Source of the DNA: a virus
DNA length: 64,000 bases
Virus record (IMG/VR): IMGVR_UViG_3300036792_000284
Span: 60,280-124,279 of that record
Direction: 5' to 3' (one strand)
In this document: positions 18,273 through 27,239 of the stretch, in pieces
Position numbering within the stretch: the stretch's first letter is position 1
How the letters are laid out: each line of letters begins with the position of its first letter
Program-made: the position numbers and the translations under genes
The notes under the pieces: generated by a model
Databases searched by the model: none
Seen by the model: only the letters and a program-made list of their open reading frames with translations
What the model was told of the DNA's origin: nothing

Positions 18273-18327
18273 TTGCTGTCTCCTGACTTGTAGCCCTGCC
18301 CACTAATACGCCCGGCCGCCGACATTC

Positions 18328-18531
18328 CTAGTGATCAGACACGAGCCTGATTGCCTGCGTCTCGGGGTTGAACTCGATGCGGTCGACCTTGTACCACCAG
18401 CGCTCCACCGGGTCGGGGATCTGCAGTTCGCACGCCCCGAACTCGTTCTGGATGCGCTCGATCTCCTCGATGGCTTCCGTTGAATTCACGACCGTCCTTC
18501 CAACCAGCGAATTTGGCGGAGGGATCGTCAC
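18328..18531 (-). CDS. Hypothetical protein
   Basis: GTGA overlap; WWYKVDRIEFNPE. Confidence 0.55.
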   Translation of the reverse strand: MTIPPPNSLVGRTVVNSTEAIEEIERIQNEFGACELQIPDPVERWWYKVDRIEFNPETQAIRLVSDH

Positions 18532-19037
18532 GTCTCCAGGGACGACTTCCACGGGAAGTAGTGCTCCAGCGCGGTCAGCAGCTCGCGCCGGATGTCACGC
18601 AGGCCGAAGAACATGCCGTCCATGGCGTCCTCGGCCTCCTCCACCAGGTCCAGCACCCGCTCGGCGGCAAGCTGGGCACGGCGCTTCGGGGAGGCCTTCA
18701 CCCGGGCCAGCACCTCGCGGTCCCGGACGCTCTCGTACTCCCGGGTGACCGCACGGCCCGACAGCCGGGCCAGCTCCGTGTCGTACACCTCGTCAGCCTC
18801 GGCACGCAGCCGCCGGGCCGTGCGTTGCGCCTTGCGCTTGTACCCGGCCATCTCCCGCTTGAGTTCCTCGGCCCGGTCCAGCCGCGCGCGCAGGTCGTCG
18901 CGAAGGGCCTCGTGCACCTCCGACGGGTCCGCGTCCGCCGCGGGGACGTCGAAATCGCGCAGCCCGGCCATCTCCCGCAGTAGCACGGCGCACGCGTCCT
19001 CGATCGACTGCTCGCGGTCGTCGAGAACCTCGTTCAT
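18528..19037 (-). CDS. Helical protein, possible UvsY-like recombination mediator
   Basis: 169 aa all-helical, beside SSB/RecA; fold assignment is inference. Confidence 0.4.
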   Translation of the reverse strand: MNEVLDDREQSIEDACAVLLREMAGLRDFDVPAADADPSEVHEALRDDLRARLDRAEELKREMAGYKRKAQRTARRLRAEADEVYDTELARLSGRAVTREYESVRDREVLARVKASPKRRAQLAAERVLDLVEEAEDAMDGMFFGLRDIRRELLTALEHYFPWKSSLET

Positions 19038-19363
19038 TCGGCCGGTGCCGCTGCGGCCTCCGGCGGCACCGGCCGCGGGGCGTACTTGTCCAGCAGGTTT
19101 TCACGCGCGGCACGCGCCGCGCTCGCGGCAGCGGCGTGCTGCCCCCGCTGCTCGGGCTCTGCTTTAGCCAGCGAGAAGTGGACGAACCACTTCCCCTCGG
19201 CGTCCATGATCCGGCCCACGTCGGTGGTGGTCATACGCAGACGGACCTGCTCGGGGTCGGCCACGCCGCGCTCGAAGAGCATCCGGAGGATGTCCGTCTC
19301 CTGCACCGCGATGTCCCACTTGTTCTTGCCGTAGTCGGTAGCCCAGCCAATTCGGATTTCCAT
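19034..19363 (-). CDS. Hypothetical protein
   Basis: 109 aa; TGTAGTAA motif 5 nt upstream of ATG. Confidence 0.6.
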   Translation of the reverse strand: MEIRIGWATDYGKNKWDIAVQETDILRMLFERGVADPEQVRLRMTTTDVGRIMDAEGKWFVHFSLAKAEPEQRGQHAAAASAARAARENLLDKYAPRPVPPEAAAAPAE

Positions 19364-19371
19364 GCCTGTTA

Positions 19372-21837
19372 CTACAGCTCAGCGGCGGCGGTCAGCGCAG
19401 CGGCGTCAGCCACGTCGTAGTGCACCGCCGCGCCGCCGAGGATGACCGCGACGCGGGCCTCGTGGGCCGGCGTCAGCCCGCAGGTGAAGCCGACCGTGAG
19501 CGAGCCCTCCGGCAGCTGCAGCTCCACCGAATTCCCTCCGGGGAGGGACTTCATGAACCGGGCCAGTTCGGCCACCTGCTCGCGTGACGGGGCCTGCCGG
19601 AGCACGACGACCACCGCCCGGGGCGCCTCGGCCCCCGGCTCCGCAGGCGGCACGACCTTGCAGCGCGGGCACTTGTCCTTCTTGCCGAGCACGACCTGGC
19701 CGTCTTCGGTGTGGATGTCCTTCACCGAGCCCCAGGACCTGCCCAGGTGCCATTCGGCGACCATCTCCGGCCACGCCGCACCCGGCCCGGTGACCGGGTA
19801 GACGACCGCGGGCTGCAGCACGGCTATGACCGTCGCCGGCGGCACGTCCTCGCGCGCCTCGAACTCAAGCGCGTCGTGGACGTTCATGAACATGCGCACC
19901 CGGTCGTCCAGCCCGGCCGCCTGCAGGGCCTTCACCGCGCGGATCATGGAAATTTTGACGTACTCGCCGGTCGCCGGGCCCTGGATGACCGCGTTGCCCG
20001 CGGTGCGCTCCTCCGCGGCCCGTACTTTCGGGTTGTCGCTGCGAATGTCGTGCAAGGTGACGCGGCGCCCGAACTTGGTGATGACGTACCCGTCGCGCTT
20101 CGCCTTCGCGATGACCCGGCGCCGGAACGGCTGCATGTGCGGGTAGGCGGCCTGGTACTGCCGGTCCAGCTCCTGGGCCTCCTCCTCGCTGATGCCGAGC
20201 TGCTCGGCGAGCGCCCTGATGCCCTGGCCGTAGATGGCCGCGAAGTTCCTGGTCTTTCCCCGCTTGCGCGCCTCCTCGGTCACCTGCTCAACCGCGATCT
20301 GCAGCATCAGCGCGGCGGTGCGGCTGTGCACGTCCTCGCCCCGGGCGAACGATTCCAGCAGCGCCGTCTCGCCGGCCTCGGCTGCCATCACCCGCAGCTC
20401 GATCTGGCTGTAGTCGAACCCGATGACGTACCAGCCCAGCTCTGTCGGCTCGGGCAGGTCGGTGCAGCCTGCCTCCTCCAGCACGTGGTCCCACCACGGG
20501 CGGTAACCCGGCTCCGCCGCCACGATGGCGTCGCGGAAGTTGAAATCGAACGTCGTGCCGTCGCGCAGCTCGAAGTGGTACTTGCCCGGGCTCTGCTGGT
20601 AGTTGGGCGTCTCGCAGGAGAACCGGCCGGCGATGGTGCCGTGCTGCATCAGGGTCGGATGCGCCCGGCCGTCGGCGGCCCAGGAGTACTTGTCCTCGTA
20701 GATGCTCAGGAAGTTGGTGTGCAGCGTAGTCAGCCGGGCCCAGCCCATGTACTTCCGGACCACGGGGTAGTCCTTGGCCAGGCCGGGCAGCGCGTTCTTG
20801 GCGTCTACGCTGGGCTTCCCGCCGGGCGTCCGGTGCAGCACCGGCATGCCGCACTTGTTGTAGAGCAGGTCGGCGAACTGGGCACTGGAGTTGAAGTTGA
20901 AGTCCGGCGGCAGCATCTCGCCGGTAATCTCCCCGAAGTCCTCGACAATCTCCGCCAGCAGCCGGCCGGAGAACTCCTGCACCTCCGCCGCCTTGGCGCG
21001 CAGCAGGTTCCAGTCGTACCGGACCCCGTTGTCGGACATCGAGCAGACGATGGGCAGCGTGGCCATCTCTACCTTGTAGATGAACGCCTGCGGGCCGGCC
21101 ACCACCTTCGGCCAGCGGTCCAGGTGGTGGCGCAGCGCCCATACCGCGTCCTCGCACGCGTAGGCGATGACCTCCGGGTCAGTCGGGTCGAAGACGCCGA
21201 ACCGGACCGTCTTGCCCTCCTGCCGGGTCGGCACCCGGCCGAGCAGGCGGCCGAGCAGGCTGTCCGATCCGTTGATCAGCTCGCGCATCTTGTGGCCGTA
21301 GTTGTCGAACGTGGCCGCCTTGAGGCCGTGGCTCTTGTTCTTGCCCTCGGCGAAGCTCTCCAGCAGGCCGTCCGACCGGATCGGGTAGTACCCGTGCGCC
21401 TCGCGGACCTGCTTGCCGAACAGCGGGTGGTCCCACAGCAGCCGCAGGAACCACCGCGACAGCCAGCGCAGTTCAGCAGGCGCGCCCCACGGCACCCCGA
21501 GCGGCAGGCCCTGGTCGTCGGTCACGTGGAGCAGGGCCCACATCCAGGCCGCGACCGGCTTGTTATCGACGTTGGGGCCGGAGTCAAACGCCAGGGGGAT
21601 CATCCGGCCCCAGGCCAGGGAGTTGGTGAACTGGACGGAGACGACGTAGTTCTCCTCCGGATGCAGCGCGGCGCCCTCCCGGCTCTCCCCGTAGTAGCCG
21701 GTCTCGACGTCGAACCCGAACGGCAGCTTCGCGTCGGCGACCGCCTGCAGCCGGTCCCGGATCTCGTCCAGGTCAGTCAACAGGTCGTAGCTGGGCGCCG
21801 TCTCAGGGGCTTCAAGTACCGCAGCCGTCACAGCCAT
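19372..21837 (-). CDS. polA: Family A DNA polymerase (3'-5' exo plus pol) with extra C-terminal domain
   Basis: ExoI FDVET, ExoIII YACEDA, GTIAGRFS..PNYQ, motif A DYSQIELR, motif B RKRGKTRNFAAIYG, motif C VHDA; GAGGAGGAG SD. Confidence 0.95.
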   Translation of the reverse strand: MAVTAAVLEAPETAPSYDLLTDLDEIRDRLQAVADAKLPFGFDVETGYYGESREGAALHPEENYVVSVQFTNSLAWGRMIPLAFDSGPNVDNKPVAAWMWALLHVTDDQGLPLGVPWGAPAELRWLSRWFLRLLWDHPLFGKQVREAHGYYPIRSDGLLESFAEGKNKSHGLKAATFDNYGHKMRELINGSDSLLGRLLGRVPTRQEGKTVRFGVFDPTDPEVIAYACEDAVWALRHHLDRWPKVVAGPQAFIYKVEMATLPIVCSMSDNGVRYDWNLLRAKAAEVQEFSGRLLAEIVEDFGEITGEMLPPDFNFNSSAQFADLLYNKCGMPVLHRTPGGKPSVDAKNALPGLAKDYPVVRKYMGWARLTTLHTNFLSIYEDKYSWAADGRAHPTLMQHGTIAGRFSCETPNYQQSPGKYHFELRDGTTFDFNFRDAIVAAEPGYRPWWDHVLEEAGCTDLPEPTELGWYVIGFDYSQIELRVMAAEAGETALLESFARGEDVHSRTAALMLQIAVEQVTEEARKRGKTRNFAAIYGQGIRALAEQLGISEEEAQELDRQYQAAYPHMQPFRRRVIAKAKRDGYVITKFGRRVTLHDIRSDNPKVRAAEERTAGNAVIQGPATGEYVKISMIRAVKALQAAGLDDRVRMFMNVHDALEFEAREDVPPATVIAVLQPAVVYPVTGPGAAWPEMVAEWHLGRSWGSVKDIHTEDGQVVLGKKDKCPRCKVVPPAEPGAEAPRAVVVVLRQAPSREQVAELARFMKSLPGGNSVELQLPEGSLTVGFTCGLTPAHEARVAVILGGAAVHYDVADAAALTAAAEL

Positions 21838-21886
21838 CTCCTCCTCGGGGGAACAAGCACCGCATAGCCGTATACGGCAGTCCCGC

Positions 21887-22825
21887 TCACCAGCCCGCGA
21901 CCAGGGACTCCGCCACGCCGTCGCGGGCGCCGGACCGCCAGGCAGAATCTGCCTGCGCCAGCCGCTGGCGGCAGCGGCGCACGCGGTCGGCGTCGTAGCT
22001 CCGGGCGTACCGGGCCACCTGGCTGGCCACGAACCGGCTGACGTCCTGGCCGGCTACCGCCTCGTGCAGCGAGAGCCCGGCCCGCAGTCCCGCGCCGACC
22101 TGCTCGACGGCGGCCAGCCGCACGGTCAGCAGGCCGATGACCGCGCCCAGCTCGCCGGGCCCGACCCGGCCGGCCGCCGCCATCGCCGCCCGCCTGCTCC
22201 CGGCCATCAGGTGGTCAGCCAGCTCGCCGCCGGGCTCGGCCGGGCAGGTCACCGCGGCCGAGGGAGCCACCGGCTTCAGCCCGGCCAGCCGGGCCTGCTC
22301 GCACGCCTGCCAGGCCCGCTCCAGGCTCCCGCAGCGGGCCAGCACGTCATGCGCGAAGCCGGCCGACGCGCCCGGCCACCAGGAGGCGACCAGGGCCACC
22401 CGGTCCTCCAGTTTCGACGGCTCGCAGCACCGGATCATCTGGCCCGACTTCGCGGACTTCAGCGTGACCAGGTGCGGGGCGAGCGCCCCGTCCTCCTGCG
22501 CGAAGTCACCGTCGCCGGAGACGAACACCACGTAGGCGGTCGCCAGGGCCTCCTCCCCGGTAAGCAGGTCCATGTCGGAGGTGTTCTTCAGCTTCTCCGC
22601 GCCGTAGACCACGGCCCTCCGGCCGCCGCCCGGCGGGACCGACAGCAGGTGGTTCCAGATGTCCTGCTCGGGGACGTCCCCGGCGAACAGCGCCACGCAC
22701 TGGTCCGCCGCCGCGCCCTCACGGTGCGCGGCCACCACGTCCCGCACGAGCACCGGCTCGGGGCCGCACACCCACGTGACCCGGCGGACAGGCCTGCTCC
22801 GGCTCCACTGCAAATACGTAGCCAT
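21887..22825 (-). CDS. holA: DNA polymerase III delta subunit-like
   Basis: WVCGPEPVLV, LLSVPP..RRAVV..AE, C-terminal RFVASQVARYARSY....LAQADSAWRSG...ESLV. Confidence 0.75.
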   Translation of the reverse strand: MATYLQWSRSRPVRRVTWVCGPEPVLVRDVVAAHREGAAADQCVALFAGDVPEQDIWNHLLSVPPGGGRRAVVYGAEKLKNTSDMDLLTGEEALATAYVVFVSGDGDFAQEDGALAPHLVTLKSAKSGQMIRCCEPSKLEDRVALVASWWPGASAGFAHDVLARCGSLERAWQACEQARLAGLKPVAPSAAVTCPAEPGGELADHLMAGSRRAAMAAAGRVGPGELGAVIGLLTVRLAAVEQVGAGLRAGLSLHEAVAGQDVSRFVASQVARYARSYDADRVRRCRQRLAQADSAWRSGARDGVAESLVAGW

Positions 22826-22830
22826 GCCTT

Positions 22831-23316
22831 CTAATGCGTGCGAGGGCGCAGCATCCCCGTCTGAGCGGCCAGCTGGCGGATCATCTCGGGCGAGTAGCGG
22901 CCTCCTTCGGCCAGCTGCATGCGCTGGGTCGCCTGGCCGGCCCCGGCCAGCTCCTCCGCAATCTGCATCTCGAACCGCAGGCGTGCCAGCATCGCCCACC
23001 GCGGCCCCTCCGGGCCGGCGAACGACGAGATCGAGTCGATGAGACTGTTGATCCGGGCATGCACCAGGTAGAGCGGGTCCGGGGAGGTGCCCTGCCGGGC
23101 CAGCTCCTCGAACCTCGCCTGGTTGGCGGCTACCGCCTGCTCGAACTGCGCCTGCAGCACGTCCAGGGAGGGCATCACCGCGGGCTGGGCCACCTGACCC
23201 TGCTGGACGTTAGGGCCCGGCTGGAAACTGCCCGCCGGGTGCTGCGGCGGGGGCGTGCTGTCGCCGGGCTGCACGCGGCGGGTCTTGCGGGGCTGGCCGT
23301 TGGGCTGCGAGGTCAC
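22831..23316 (-). CDS. Hypothetical protein (Q/P-rich N-terminus, helical C-terminus)
   Basis: 161 aa ORF in operon. Confidence 0.6.
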   Translation of the reverse strand: MTSQPNGQPRKTRRVQPGDSTPPPQHPAGSFQPGPNVQQGQVAQPAVMPSLDVLQAQFEQAVAANQARFEELARQGTSPDPLYLVHARINSLIDSISSFAGPEGPRWAMLARLRFEMQIAEELAGAGQATQRMQLAEGGRYSPEMIRQLAAQTGMLRPRTH

Positions 23317-23365
23317 GGGGGCTCCTTACGACGGGGGCGCAGTAACGCCTCAATCGCCCCGCCAA

Positions 23366-24025
23366 TCACTCCTGGCAGAAAACCCGGTCCAGCGCTACCA
23401 CCGCGCCGAGGCGGGCGCCGGGGTAGCGGGCCAGCTCGGCCAGCAACCGCAGCGCCTGGTCCCGGCTGACACCCGGCGCGAAGTCCGGGTCGAACACCTG
23501 CCACCGGCCGGTGGCGGCCTCAGCCGCCCACGCCGACAGGAGCCGGGCGTGGGCGGGCAGCCAGGTCCGGGCGGTCTGAGCAAGCAGGCCCGGCCGCCTC
23601 GCGCGTGCTGCCTTGATGGCCGCGCCGACGGCGGTCACGTCCTTCGGGTCCGGCTGCTCGACCTCCTGCGCCTGCCCGAGCACTAGCGTGCGGCATCGGG
23701 ACAGCACGGTCGGCAGCGGGCGCCGCTCCGCGGCGAGGATGAACCGGGTGTCCGCCGACGGCTTTTCCAGGACCTTCAGGAGCATGTTCTGCACCTGGGC
23801 ACTCGCGTTCGCCAGGTTCAGCGCGATGATCCGGAGCCCCCGCAGCGGGGCCATCCCCGCCTCGGCCCAGACCTCCCGGGCAGCGGCGGCGTCCAGCTCC
23901 CACCGGAACGCCCAGCCGTGGTCGGTGCACGCCTGGAACACCAGGGCCGCGGCGCCGGGGCCGACCACCAGGGTGGCCGGAGGCAGCTCGCCCGCCAACG
24001 CGGCGCGTACCTGCTCAGGAGTCAC
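23366..24025 (-). CDS. holB: DNA polymerase III delta-prime-like subunit
   Basis: NMLLKVLEKP...FILAA...LPTVLSRC; no Walker A lysine. Confidence 0.8.
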   Translation of the reverse strand: MTPEQVRAALAGELPPATLVVGPGAAALVFQACTDHGWAFRWELDAAAAREVWAEAGMAPLRGLRIIALNLANASAQVQNMLLKVLEKPSADTRFILAAERRPLPTVLSRCRTLVLGQAQEVEQPDPKDVTAVGAAIKAARARRPGLLAQTARTWLPAHARLLSAWAAEAATGRWQVFDPDFAPGVSRDQALRLLAELARYPGARLGAVVALDRVFCQE

Positions 24026-24458
24026 GCTTCCCCACCTCGATCCAGACGTCATACTCGGTCCCGATCCAGTCCATGCTGGTGTACTTCTCTACGTGCAGGT
24101 CCACCGTGACCGGGCCCCGCCAGCCGTAGGTAAACCAGCCACCGCGGTCAGTGCCGTTGACCTCGACGCTCCCGTAGCGGAGGCCGAGCACGTAGCCGGG
24201 GTAGACCTCGAACTCGCCGGTCAGCAGGTCCTGGCCGTCCGGGCACAGGTCATCGACACCGGCCGGGCACTTGCGGCAGTGCAACCACGTCCCGTCGTCC
24301 GGGTCGATGTGCAGGTACCAGTCGTGGCCGGGGCACCGGTTGACGAACAGCGCCCGCCAGGCCTCGCCCTCCAGGTCGGGCCCGTACCGCCAGAGGCGGT
24401 CGTGCTCGGCGACTTCCTCGTCCGACAGGATGCGCCACTCCAGCTTCGCGGCCTTCAT
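24015..24458 (-). CDS. Hypothetical protein with Cys/His motifs
   Basis: CPGH...HCRKC; 147 aa. Confidence 0.6.
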   Translation of the reverse strand: MKAAKLEWRILSDEEVAEHDRLWRYGPDLEGEAWRALFVNRCPGHDWYLHIDPDDGTWLHCRKCPAGVDDLCPDGQDLLTGEFEVYPGYVLGLRYGSVEVNGTDRGGWFTYGWRGPVTVDLHVEKYTSMDWIGTEYDVWIEVGKRDS

Positions 24459-25651
24459 GCCGCCGCCAGCAGCCGGACCGCCTCCAGGGCAGCCTCCACC
24501 TTGTCCCCGTCAAACCCGGACAGCCGGGTGATGACCGACTCCAGCTCCGCCCACAGGGCTGCGCTGGGGGTCTCGGTCACAGCCTCAACCACAGGCTCGG
24601 CCACAGGAGCGTCCGCAGGGACGTCTTCGACCAGGCGCTCCAGGCCGTAGATCAGGGCCTGCTTGACCCGGCCGAAGTGCCCCTCGGCGTGCCGGCGGGG
24701 CGGCACGCGCAGGTGCGGGTACTGCTGCATGACCGCCTCGGCGAACCCGAGGTACCAGGTCTTGCCCGCCCCGGCCAGCCGGTGCCCGGCGTCCTTGAAC
24801 GCCGGCAGCACCCGGTTGCCGCGCGAGTTCTTCAGCGCGGTCGCCGCCGCGCGGACCTCGTCCAGCGACAGCAGCAGCCCGCCCAGCTCGACGCCGCCGG
24901 AGGCCATGGCGCGCAGCTCCTCGAACCAGGCCGCCGTCTCCGGCTCGCACGCGGTCATCGGCACGAAGTCGGGCACGACAGGCGCGGGCGCCGGGGCCTC
25001 GACGGGCCGGTGGCTGGTGACCTCGCGCAGCGTGTCTTTCAGCTCGGCGAACCACGCCTCGGCCTCCTCCGCGCTCATGCCGAACTGGCGGCGCACCGCG
25101 GCAGCCGAAACGCTCTTGCCGTCGGCGGACCGCTCCGCCAGCGCGTCGAACAGGGGAAGGACGGGCAGGCCGCTGGGGCCCGGGTCGCGGGCCGCCAGCT
25201 CCTCACGCAGCCAGTCCATCGCGTCGCTGCCGGCCAGTGACGGGTACTCGTCACTGGTGCCCAGGTAGTCGACTACGCGGGTGCTCTGCGCGCCGCCCTC
25301 CTCGTGCGCGCCGGCCGCGTTGTCCAGCACCAGCAGCTCGCGCCCGTTGCGGCGGGTGAGCGTCTCGCGCAGGCCGCGGCAGTACAGCGGCACCTTGGCC
25401 ATGATGAACGCCTTGAACCGCACCGGCTGGCCGGTGTAGTCGCTGATGCGGCCTGACTCGTACTGAGCCATCGCATCGTTTTTCACGAACTGCTGAAAGA
25501 TGTACTGCAGCCCGTCGTCTACGTCCTCGCGGCGCGCGGCGGGACCCAGGTGCCGCCACACGATCCGCCTGATTTCGTCGCCGTACTCCAGGAACAAGTC
25601 CCCGTAATCTGTCGGCGCGGTGAATGCAGCAGCCGAACACGAAGAAGCCAC
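24455..25651 (-). CDS. Sigma-70 region-2-like protein with unusual C-terminal extension
   Basis: LFLEYGDEIRRIVWRHLG...EDVDD.LQYIF...Y......FKAFI pattern; GGGAG SD; own TTGACG-17-TACTCT promoter. Confidence 0.55.
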   Translation of the reverse strand: MASSCSAAAFTAPTDYGDLFLEYGDEIRRIVWRHLGPAARREDVDDGLQYIFQQFVKNDAMAQYESGRISDYTGQPVRFKAFIMAKVPLYCRGLRETLTRRNGRELLVLDNAAGAHEEGGAQSTRVVDYLGTSDEYPSLAGSDAMDWLREELAARDPGPSGLPVLPLFDALAERSADGKSVSAAAVRRQFGMSAEEAEAWFAELKDTLREVTSHRPVEAPAPAPVVPDFVPMTACEPETAAWFEELRAMASGGVELGGLLLSLDEVRAAATALKNSRGNRVLPAFKDAGHRLAGAGKTWYLGFAEAVMQQYPHLRVPPRRHAEGHFGRVKQALIYGLERLVEDVPADAPVAEPVVEAVTETPSAALWAELESVITRLSGFDGDKVEAALEAVRLLAAA

Positions 25652-25689
25652 AAAGAACTCCCCACGAAACCTAACCTCACCAGTAGGTC

Positions 25690-25720
25690 GAGAGTAGTCC
25701 TCTGCTTAACTCCCGTCAAG
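25690..25720 (-). promoter_or_regulatory. Promoter with degenerate operator palindrome
   Basis: Minus strand CTTGACGGGAGTTAAG then TACTCT at 17-nt spacing. Confidence 0.65.
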
Positions 25721-25748
25721 TTGATCTACGGATAATCCGGCAGAAGGG

Positions 25749-26063
25749 CTACCACACCGCGGCATACTGCTCGCGGGCCTTCTGCAGGGAGCCGGTGCCG
25801 ACCGTGATCCGCGAGCCAGGGACATCCGATGAGCCCGTCTCGTCGGTCTCCTGCAGCAGCACGCCGCGCCGGCCGAGGTTGGTGCTCAGCAGCGAACGGA
25901 ACGCCGCACCGTCTGGATTATCAGGAAGCTGGACCGGCAGCTCGAACCGGCCGCGGTCGAACGTCACGGTCACGCCGTCCTGCTGCACGGTGCCGGACAC
26001 CTCCTCGGCCACGCGCCACTTCCGGCCGCTGAACAGCTCGTCCCACATGCCGGTCGTGCTCAC
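25749..26063 (-). CDS. Hypothetical protein
   Basis: 104 aa ORF in operon. Confidence 0.6.
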   Translation of the reverse strand: MSTTGMWDELFSGRKWRVAEEVSGTVQQDGVTVTFDRGRFELPVQLPDNPDGAAFRSLLSTNLGRRGVLLQETDETGSSDVPGSRITVGTGSLQKAREQYAAVW

Positions 26064-26333
26064 CTAGTCCTCCAGCGGGTCCTTTACCTGGAACCGGGCG
26101 ACAGACGCCGCCCTGCGGCCCTGGGTATCGGCGATCCGGAGTTTGAGGTCGGCCTCGTGCTCAGCCGGGCGGTCATCGCGGCGCCAGCGCTGGTACTCCT
26201 CAGCGGCGCCGAGCGCGGCGGCGGGGTCCTTCTGGTACAGCGCCGCCCAGTCCGCGCACATAATCACATGCAGGACGATCGGCTTCAGTTCGCCGGTCTT
26301 CCGGCAGCCCGCACAGCGCCCCTGCTCCCTCAT
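26064..26333 (-). CDS. Hypothetical protein with Cys/His motif
   Basis: CAGC...H..C; CGTAGCAG 5 nt upstream of ATG. Confidence 0.55.
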   Translation of the reverse strand: MREQGRCAGCRKTGELKPIVLHVIMCADWAALYQKDPAAALGAAEEYQRWRRDDRPAEHEADLKLRIADTQGRRAASVARFQVKDPLED

Positions 26334-26348
26334 GCCTGCTGCTACGCC

Positions 26349-26585
26349 TTACCCGAGAAGGAAGGCGAGCGTCCCGGCCCGCGCGCGCCGTTCCTGCTCT
26401 CCGTCGATGTGCCTGCACAGGCCGTCGGAGCGCGCCTGGTAGCGGAAACCGCGGCAGCTGCACATCCAGGTGCCGTCGGCGAGCCGGCTGACCCGGTAGA
26501 TGAGTTCCGGGTCGCGGGCGGAGGGCACCTCGGCCTCGAACGCCGTCTCCGGTGCCCCCGGGTCCGCGGAGACGGAAACCCTCAT
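26349..26585 (-). CDS. SWIM zinc-finger protein
   Basis: WMCSCRGF......CRHI. Confidence 0.75.
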   Translation of the reverse strand: MRVSVSADPGAPETAFEAEVPSARDPELIYRVSRLADGTWMCSCRGFRYQARSDGLCRHIDGEQERRARAGTLAFLLG

Positions 26586-26872
26586 GTGAGGGCTTCTGCC
26601 ACGACAGTGAACGAGCCGGTCAGCTCCGGCGCCGGGCCGGGCACGTACGCCACCTGCCCGCTGCCTGCTTCTCCCGTGAAGTGGCCGAGCAGCCCGGGCA
26701 CGGTGACGTTGACGACCGGCGGCACCGCCGCGCGCTCGATGTCCGCGCGGTGCACCACATTCAGGCAGTGCCTCGCGGTCACCCGGTCCGGCCAGTTGTC
26801 CTGCACGTGGTCGAACGCCGGGGCCGCGTCGTCAGGCGGCCACGGCACGCTCGTGTCCAGAGGATGGGACAT
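26582..26872 (-). CDS. Hypothetical protein
   Basis: 96 aa, overlaps downstream start. Confidence 0.5.
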   Translation of the reverse strand: MSHPLDTSVPWPPDDAAPAFDHVQDNWPDRVTARHCLNVVHRADIERAAVPPVVNVTVPGLLGHFTGEAGSGQVAYVPGPAPELTGSFTVVAEALT

Positions 26873-26881
26873 GCCCGCACC

Positions 26882-27169
26882 TTACCTGGCAGCAACCTCG
26901 GCGTCCGGCTGCTCGTCATACCCGGCCGCCGCGCGCTGGGTCTTGACCAGTTCCGCCACTTCCTTGGTGCTCACCACGTAGAGCGCCGGACGCCCACCCG
27001 CCCCGCGGATTTTGTGGATCGTCTTCCACTTGCCTTCCTTCTTCATCTGGAAGAGCCTCTGCCTCGTCGCGGACAGGTCCTCCCCGGCCGCGGGCAGGGA
27101 CACCCAGCCTTCCAGCTCCGGAACGTCGTCATCGAAGTCGTCCGGCACCCGCACATTACTTGAAGCCAT
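26882..27169 (-). CDS. Helix-turn-helix DNA-binding protein (excisionase/MerR-like)
   Basis: WVSLPAAGEDLSATRQRLFQMKKEG; GAGGG SD. Confidence 0.65.
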   Translation of the reverse strand: MASSNVRVPDDFDDDVPELEGWVSLPAAGEDLSATRQRLFQMKKEGKWKTIHKIRGAGGRPALYVVSTKEVAELVKTQRAAAGYDEQPDAEVAAR

Positions 27170-27223
27170 CAGTCGCCCTCCGTCTGCCCGTCAGGGCATA
27201 AGTTTCCTGTCTCCAAGACACAG

Positions 27224-27239
27224 CTTAACCTGAGTTAAG
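27224..27239. promoter_or_regulatory. Variant operator palindrome CTTAAC-N4-GTTAAG
   Basis: Perfect 6-4-6 palindrome upstream of the HTH gene. Confidence 0.6.

Noticed and set aside
19711-21867. Long plus-strand ORFs (e.g. 718 aa here, 746 aa at 27833, 801 aa at 36692)
   Set aside because: Antisense shadows of well-supported minus-strand genes; stop-codon scarcity in GC-rich DNA; no recognisable motifs
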